A stretch of DNA of 64,000 bases from Flavobacteriales bacterium (GTDB lineage: Bacteria > Bacteroidota > Bacteroidia > Flavobacteriales > Flavobacteriaceae). The notes under the pieces are model-generated. The model was not told the DNA's origin. It saw only the letters and a program-made list of their open reading frames with translations, and made no database searches. Made by a program: the position numbers and the translations under genes. The stretch lies in assembly GCA_024643405.1 (NCBI GenBank), contig JAHENA010000007.1:1346-65345 (forward strand), given 5' to 3'. Below, piece by piece: positions 58,585 to 64,000 of this stretch. Position 1 is the first letter of the stretch, and each line of letters starts with the position of its first letter.

Positions 58585-60000
58585 TTAAAACTGAAAATAA
58601 ATAAACTGTTCACCACTCCCTTGTGCAATGGCAACCAGGAAAATCATAATAGCCCAAATAACTGCTAATGCAACAGGGGGTATCTTTTTTGAAACAGCTT
58701 CAACAGAGGTATTTCTCATAAACCAGTGGCATATAAAAAGGAGACCAATAATAATTCCCACTTTTAAGATATCAAATGAACCAAGAACTTTTTCTCCTTC
58801 AGGATTTAAATAAAACATGGAACTAATCATATTCCAGGCTGTTTTGAATTCTCTGGCTCTAAAAAATACCCATGTAATATTGACACAGGTAAAGGTTGTA
58901 AAGGCCAGAAACATCCCGTTCCATTTTGTGATTTTAAAAGGAATATATTGGCGTTGTAAACGTTCTAAAATAAGATATGTGCCATGTAAACCTCCCCAAA
59001 CTATAAAGGTCCACGCTGCTCCATGCCAAAGGCCACCTAATAGCATCGTGATCATAAGTGCGGAATACATTCTCACCACGCCATAGCGATTGCCACCTAA
59101 AGGAATATATAAATAATCACGCAACCAAGATGATAAGGTTATATGCCAACGCTTCCATAAATCAGAAAAACCTAAGGAGGCGTAAGGATATTTAAAGTTA
59201 TCTGGCAAGATAATTCCGAGCATTAAAGCGATACCTATCGCACAAGTTGAGTACCCGGCAAAATCAAAAAATATTTGACCTGAAAACGCTAAGGTTCCCA
59301 TCCAGGCATCCCAGAAATTTAAAATTTTATCTGAACTATAGACTTTATCAACGGTGTCTGAAAGCAAAGTATCAGCCATTACTACTTTTTGGAAAAGACC
59401 TAAAATCAATAAAAATAAACCCCAGATAAATTGATTTATTGTAGCTCTTTTTTCTTCATAAAACTGTGAAATCAGATCTTGAGCTCTTACGATAGGCCCA
59501 GCCACTAATTGTGGAAAGAAGGTTACATAGAGCGCAAAATCCAAGAAAGTTTTAGCGCGCTCAGTACGTTTTAAATACATGTCTATGGTGTAAGACATGG
59601 TTTGAAAGGTGTAAAAGGAAATCCCCATAGGTAATATAATATCCATTTTTGACGATTGGTAGCCATAACCATAGGTGTTAACTACAGTGGTAAAATTGTC
59701 GACAAGGAAATCACGGTATTTAAAAAAGGTTAGAAAGCCTAAGTTGACGAACATACTTAACAATAACCAGTATAGTCTTTTGCGTTTATTTTCTTCAGTG
59801 GCTAGTTTTTTCCCAGTAAACCAGTCTACAAAGGTTGAGATCCAAAGTAAAATAACTAATGGTGGATTCCACAAGCCATAAAAAACATAACTAGCAAAAA
59901 GAAGCATACGTTTTTTACCGGTCCAATTAAAGATTTTTGAATAGTAAAGTACTAATACTATAATTAAAAAGACAACGAAACTTAATGAATTAAATAACAT
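58585..60000 (-). CDS. MBOAT family O-acyltransferase (AlgI/DltB/PatA-like)
   Basis: Starts MLFNSLSF…. It has FWRRWHI-like KRWHITLSSWLRDYLYIPLGGNR and the conserved His region LGGLWHGAAWTF. Confidence 0.92.
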   Translation of the reverse strand: MLFNSLSFVVFLIIVLVLYYSKIFNWTGKKRMLLFASYVFYGLWNPPLVILLWISTFVDWFTGKKLATEENKRKRLYWLLLSMFVNLGFLTFFKYRDFLVDNFTTVVNTYGYGYQSSKMDIILPMGISFYTFQTMSYTIDMYLKRTERAKTFLDFALYVTFFPQLVAGPIVRAQDLISQFYEEKRATINQFIWGLFLLILGLFQKVVMADTLLSDTVDKVYSSDKILNFWDAWMGTLAFSGQIFFDFAGYSTCAIGIALMLGIILPDNFKYPYASLGFSDLWKRWHITLSSWLRDYLYIPLGGNRYGVVRMYSALMITMLLGGLWHGAAWTFIVWGGLHGTYLILERLQRQYIPFKITKWNGMFLAFTTFTCVNITWVFFRAREFKTAWNMISSMFYLNPEGEKVLGSFDILKVGIIIGLLFICHWFMRNTSVEAVSKKIPPVALAVIWAIMIFLVAIAQGSGEQFIYFQF

Positions 60001-60002
60001 AA

Positions 60003-61031
60003 TCAGTTGGTTTTAAAGTGAGATAAAGCGCCATCAGCTTTCATTATTTTTACAATCTCTGTTGTGAAATATTGGGCATCTTTTGCAGAAAGATGTGACC
60101 ATTCCGGGCAGGTTAGATTTTTAATCTGATCGTAATCTTCAAAGTGATATGCTTTTATATCGGCTTGTTTAACAAGGTCATCCCAAAAGTCCTTTCTAGG
60201 GAGCCCCAAGTTTTCACCAGCCCTCAATGCGCCGCTTGACGGACATCTAACCAAAATAGCATTCCCTCCTCTCTCTTTAAAAATTTTGAGGTCTTTTAAG
60301 AAGAATTCGACGGTAGATTTTTTGTCAGGAGCTGGAGCATCTTTACCAAAAAACATCCAGACTTTTTTTATGGAATTGGCATATGCAGTATCTGTTACTG
60401 TAATTTGTTTCATTTTCAAATTTCTGTCTAATGCTATTTCTCCAAATTCATGAAATGGTGGCATAGGGTCTGCAGCTCTGTTTCCAATCTTAATTTTTCC
60501 TAATAATTCTTTTAATTTAATTCCATCTACTCCTTGGTCATCACTTAAAAAAGTTAAATTTTGTTGTAGTGGTAATGATAGTAAGTGGTTGGATATTTGT
60601 GCATATGTTCTTTTTTTGTAATAATCTACTTTAGATTGAGGCCATTGCCAAGGTTGGGCTTCCGGAAAAGTGGTTGAAAAGAACAGTCCTGGTGTTACAC
60701 CAATAATTATTGTCCCATTATAATTTGTGTTATTAACAAGATCGTGAAATATTGGAAGAGGTGAACTACCTACAGAAGCAAGTTGTATAGGTCGGATGCC
60801 TATTTGTTCTTGCCACTCGTTTAATTGCATATCAAAAAGTACTCTTGACGAACCTATAAGTAAAATATCATTTTTAGTGGCTTTTTCAACTCTCTGTCGT
60901 TGCATAGCCCAAAGAGCTTCGTTGTCATCAATAGTCGGGTATAAACCTTGTGACCGCAAATATAGTTCCCATGAAACAATACCTATAATAGATAAAACTA
61001 GAGCAATAATAATTGATTGTTTTAATTTCAT
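60003..61031 (-). CDS. Hypothetical N-terminally anchored protein, possible DltD/SGNH-like partner of the MBOAT
   Basis: A single N-terminal TM segment. It has an LLIGSSRV motif (Ser61/62) and ExxH (E310…H313) near the C-terminus. Its stop is 2 nt from the MBOAT start. Confidence 0.5.
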   Translation of the reverse strand: MKLKQSIIIALVLSIIGIVSWELYLRSQGLYPTIDDNEALWAMQRQRVEKATKNDILLIGSSRVLFDMQLNEWQEQIGIRPIQLASVGSSPLPIFHDLVNNTNYNGTIIIGVTPGLFFSTTFPEAQPWQWPQSKVDYYKKRTYAQISNHLLSLPLQQNLTFLSDDQGVDGIKLKELLGKIKIGNRAADPMPPFHEFGEIALDRNLKMKQITVTDTAYANSIKKVWMFFGKDAPAPDKKSTVEFFLKDLKIFKERGGNAILVRCPSSGALRAGENLGLPRKDFWDDLVKQADIKAYHFEDYDQIKNLTCPEWSHLSAKDAQYFTTEIVKIMKADGALSHFKTN

Positions 61032-61043
61032 TTTGGTTGGTTT

Positions 61044-62348
61044 TTAAGTTATTTTAAATGGTTGTTTCTGTTGATAGGTTAAAGAACGCCATACCCATTC
61101 TGCTGGACCATACAAGAAATATTTAAGCCAAATAGGACTAAATATTAATTGAATGAGCCAAATAGCTCCAACAATATAATACAGCTCATATCTCTGAAGT
61201 TCACCAAATAATGCAAAACCGTCCCCATAAAAAATTATGGAGGTGACTACACTGTGTGTTAAATAATTAGTTAAAGCTAATTTTCCAACCGCTGCTAAAG
61301 ATTTTTGAAGAAAGTTAAAAATACCAGACTTAATGAATAACATAAAAAGCCCAATATGACCTAAAGTGGTAAACAAGCGTCCTATTTGATACGTTTGATC
61401 TGCTTTTGAAATGGTAACAACTTCAAAATTACTATCAAGAAGCATTTTTGTCTCCATGTAATTAATGCTTAAACCTATAAGATATCCTGCTACCAAAAGA
61501 ATAAGATAAAATAGATTACTACGTTCTCCATGAAACACACGAAGTTTAAATAATGCCATTCCCAATAGCATGAAACTTAAGATATCCCAGACCCATAATC
61601 TGTATGGTAACCAGGTTTGCATAAATTGATTTCCTTCTACTTTTTCCATGAGTACAGACCAATAACCTTGTTGCATTTTTTTAATTTTCTCTTGCACTTC
61701 TTCTGGCGTATGCTTAGTATTTAATTTCTCCCACTTGCTTAAAATAGCTTCTTGTTCTTCATTTAAAGTTCCACCTTGTTCTTTAAGCATTTGCATTTCA
61801 ATGCCTTCTTTTTGAGTTTTTAGATTGTTATGGTAATCACTGATATCCCACAAAACACCAATACTTATCAAGAGGCAGCCAACAATAATGAGATTTTTAA
61901 CACTTGCGTTTCTAAAAGGAAATAACATCAATCCAAAAATGGCATAAGGATATAATATGTCGCCATGCCAAAGGAATATGTAAACATTAATAATTCCGAA
62001 GAGAAGTAACCAAAGGATTCTTCTATAGTAAATATCTGCAGTGGTGATCCCAGCCCCACTTTTTTCTAACCTGCTGGTTAATAATATGGCGCCTGCACCA
62101 AAAAGCATGGTAAATAAACCTCTCATAGTGCCTTCAAAAAACATATTATTGGCAATCCAAACTTGTAAATTCAAGCCTTCTGAACCTCCGGCGATGGTTG
62201 GGTCTGAATAGGCAAAAGGAAGCCCCATACCGTTAATGTTCATTAATAATATTCCTAATAATGCGATGCCTCTAATGACATCAAGAGAGTTAATGCGTCC
62301 ACTTTGTTGCGTGGGCTTAAAATGTTGGTTGGTTGTGGTTGTAGTCAT
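61044..62348 (-). CDS. DUF418 (YeiB-like) polytopic membrane protein
   Basis: RINSLDVIRGIALLGILLMNI at the N-terminus and the C-terminal region GPAEWVWRSLTY are typical of DUF418. Confidence 0.8.
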   Translation of the reverse strand: MTTTTTNQHFKPTQQSGRINSLDVIRGIALLGILLMNINGMGLPFAYSDPTIAGGSEGLNLQVWIANNMFFEGTMRGLFTMLFGAGAILLTSRLEKSGAGITTADIYYRRILWLLLFGIINVYIFLWHGDILYPYAIFGLMLFPFRNASVKNLIIVGCLLISIGVLWDISDYHNNLKTQKEGIEMQMLKEQGGTLNEEQEAILSKWEKLNTKHTPEEVQEKIKKMQQGYWSVLMEKVEGNQFMQTWLPYRLWVWDILSFMLLGMALFKLRVFHGERSNLFYLILLVAGYLIGLSINYMETKMLLDSNFEVVTISKADQTYQIGRLFTTLGHIGLFMLFIKSGIFNFLQKSLAAVGKLALTNYLTHSVVTSIIFYGDGFALFGELQRYELYYIVGAIWLIQLIFSPIWLKYFLYGPAEWVWRSLTYQQKQPFKIT

Positions 62349-62387
62349 AAATAATGATATTTTAATTGGTTTTGGTTGATTAAAATT

Positions 62388-63785
62388 TTATAAAGGTACC
62401 CATGTTACTAAAATGGTTTGAATGATGAAAAATATGAGAAACGGAATGACTAAATAACCCATGACATCTCGTGCCTGAATTTTTATGCCAGCTCCCATAA
62501 TTGGAAATACAAGTAATAGAAAAAAGGGTTGTAGTAAGTTGGTTAAACTTTCGCCATAGGCAACAGATAATGAAGCTCTGGAAATCATGGCTGAAATTTC
62601 TTCAGATGGCAATCCCGCACCAATATCTTTAACAGCATTGATAATGCTTGGACCAACCACTGCAAATTCTCCACCGGCAGATGGGATGGCAAAATTCGCG
62701 ATGCCTCCGGTTAGATAGGCAAAAAACGCATAGGAATTTAGTGAGGCCACCGAGGACATTACCTGAGCTAATTTTTCACCAAGTCCTGTATACAACATGA
62801 TGCCCATAATTCCTGCATAAAATGGGTATTGGTATAAAACACCTGAAATATTACCGCTCGATCTTTTCATTGCAATTACATATCGCATGGGTGTTTTGTG
62901 AAGGAGCATCCCAATAATCAGGAATATGAATATCATAATATTGAAATTCAGTTCGAAGCCATTGGTGTAAAAATGATAAATAATATAAGTCAGTCCCATT
63001 AATACAATAATACCTTGCAATAAGAAACCATTATTTAATCGGTCTGAAAAAGAAGGTGTTGTGAGATTAAAACTTAAGGCTTCTTCTTTTATGGAAAGTT
63101 CTATGCTTTCATTGGTGGTTTCTAGCATATTATTTAATTCTTTAATATTGTTGCCTTTTGGAATTAAGAAAAGAATCAACAAAGGAGCGAAAACTAGAAA
63201 CAAAATCATCATTACAATATTTAAATTAGAGCCAAGGGTTACAGTGGTAGATATTGTTTCTGATAAAATACCAGCTTTAATTAAATAATTGCTTTTTGTT
63301 CCTAACAATAAGGGTATGGAACTTGATAAACCAGTAACCCAGCTACCTCCGCCAAAATAGACACACGCAATTAAAAAAGGATAATTAACCCTTTTCACTC
63401 GAAGGGCTAATTCTCTGGCTAAAACACAGGATATAACAATCCACCCAAAGCTAATCATACTCAATGAGGCACTGGAAAAAACAACAAAAAAGTAAACCTG
63501 TCTTGGCGTTTTTATGAGGAGTGTAAGTTTATCAATTCCTTTTTTGATAATAGGTGAAAGAGCGATGGCAAAACCAGTAATGATAATCAGCACTATTTGC
63601 ATTCCAAACTCCATTAAAGACCAAAAACCATCATACCATGATTCAGTGATTTTTAACAAAGAAGCATCTAACCAAAAAAAGGCGATTAAAGCTGTTATTA
63701 ATGTGAGAAGTATAGCAAAAACAAATGCATCAGGCATGTATTTTTGAAACAAAACTGTTAATTTTTCACCTACTTTGCTTATCAT
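62388..63785 (-). CDS. AtoE-type short-chain fatty acid transporter family protein
   Basis: The N-terminus …FQKYMPDAFVFAILLTLITALIAF and a polytopic body of about 465 aa are typical of AtoE-family proteins. Confidence 0.8.
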   Translation of the reverse strand: MISKVGEKLTVLFQKYMPDAFVFAILLTLITALIAFFWLDASLLKITESWYDGFWSLMEFGMQIVLIIITGFAIALSPIIKKGIDKLTLLIKTPRQVYFFVVFSSASLSMISFGWIVISCVLARELALRVKRVNYPFLIACVYFGGGSWVTGLSSSIPLLLGTKSNYLIKAGILSETISTTVTLGSNLNIVMMILFLVFAPLLILFLIPKGNNIKELNNMLETTNESIELSIKEEALSFNLTTPSFSDRLNNGFLLQGIIVLMGLTYIIYHFYTNGFELNFNIMIFIFLIIGMLLHKTPMRYVIAMKRSSGNISGVLYQYPFYAGIMGIMLYTGLGEKLAQVMSSVASLNSYAFFAYLTGGIANFAIPSAGGEFAVVGPSIINAVKDIGAGLPSEEISAMISRASLSVAYGESLTNLLQPFFLLLVFPIMGAGIKIQARDVMGYLVIPFLIFFIIQTILVTWVPL

Positions 63786-63815
63786 TTGGTTGGTTGATAG
63801 GTTTTATAAATGTAA

Positions 63816-64000
63816 TCAGAAAGTTTTATTGTCTACATCTTTTATGAATTTTATAAGTCCAGTAAAATAAGTTTCAGGATCGTCAAATTGTGAACAATGG
63901 GCACCATTGGTAGTTAAACTTCGGCCTCTTTGCACTTCTGTACTCATCCATTCCATGTATTTAGGATCCATGGTATCATATTTTCCACCAATCATCAAAG
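63816..64000 (-). CDS. Alpha/beta hydrolase (proline-iminopeptidase-like), C-terminal part only; the gene continues beyond the window
   Basis: …IGGKYDTMDP…GAHCSQFDDPETYFTGLIKFIKD contains the catalytic His region of the prolyl aminopeptidase subfamily. The frame is open to base 64000. Confidence 0.7.
   Translation of the reverse strand, partial: LMIGGKYDTMDPKYMEWMSTEVQRGRSLTTNGAHCSQFDDPETYFTGLIKFIKDVDNKTF

Overview
This 64 kb window looks like a densely packed core-chromosome segment of a low-GC member of the Bacteroidota, most likely Flavobacteriia. Four things point there: a protease with a T9SS C-terminal sorting domain, the rpmB-rpmG-DUF4295 trio, a DUF6090 protein, and TAnnTTTG -7 promoter boxes without obvious Shine-Dalgarno sites. 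I call 57 plausible protein-coding genes, two of them truncated at the window edges, plus one speculative small ORF. Most are housekeeping genes: rpmB, rpmG, ftsY, rimO, bshC, guaA, pyrG, yidC, mnmA, grpE and dnaJ. The remainder are mainly envelope, transport and stress functions: an RND efflux triad, a MATE pump, an ABC-2 exporter, MscS, an ECF sigma/anti-sigma pair, an LtaS-like enzyme, a DAG kinase, PAP2 and a fasciclin lipoprotein. I found no rRNA, tRNA, CRISPR array, transposase, integrase, or recognisable defence or toxin system. No clearly novel system is evident from the sequence alone. The best candidates for follow-up are listed here. (1) A tightly spaced seven-gene minus-strand operon (55202-63785) combines an MBOAT, a DltD-like partner, two HGSNAT/YeiB-like membrane proteins, an AtoE-type transporter and a secreted amidohydrolase. 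(2) An ABC-2/MscS operon ends in a receiver-AAA+ sigma-54 activator that lacks a DNA-binding domain. (3) An ECF sigma/anti-sigma pair is followed by a secreted protein carrying 57-bp tandem repeats. (4) bshC is tightly linked to a PLP-dependent decarboxylase. (5) An LtaS-like gene and a DAG-kinase gene overlap as TTGA. (6) A sigma-54-like -24/-12 motif overlaps the grpE-dnaJ promoter. All functional calls come from reading the translated ORFs for family motifs. No database search was run.
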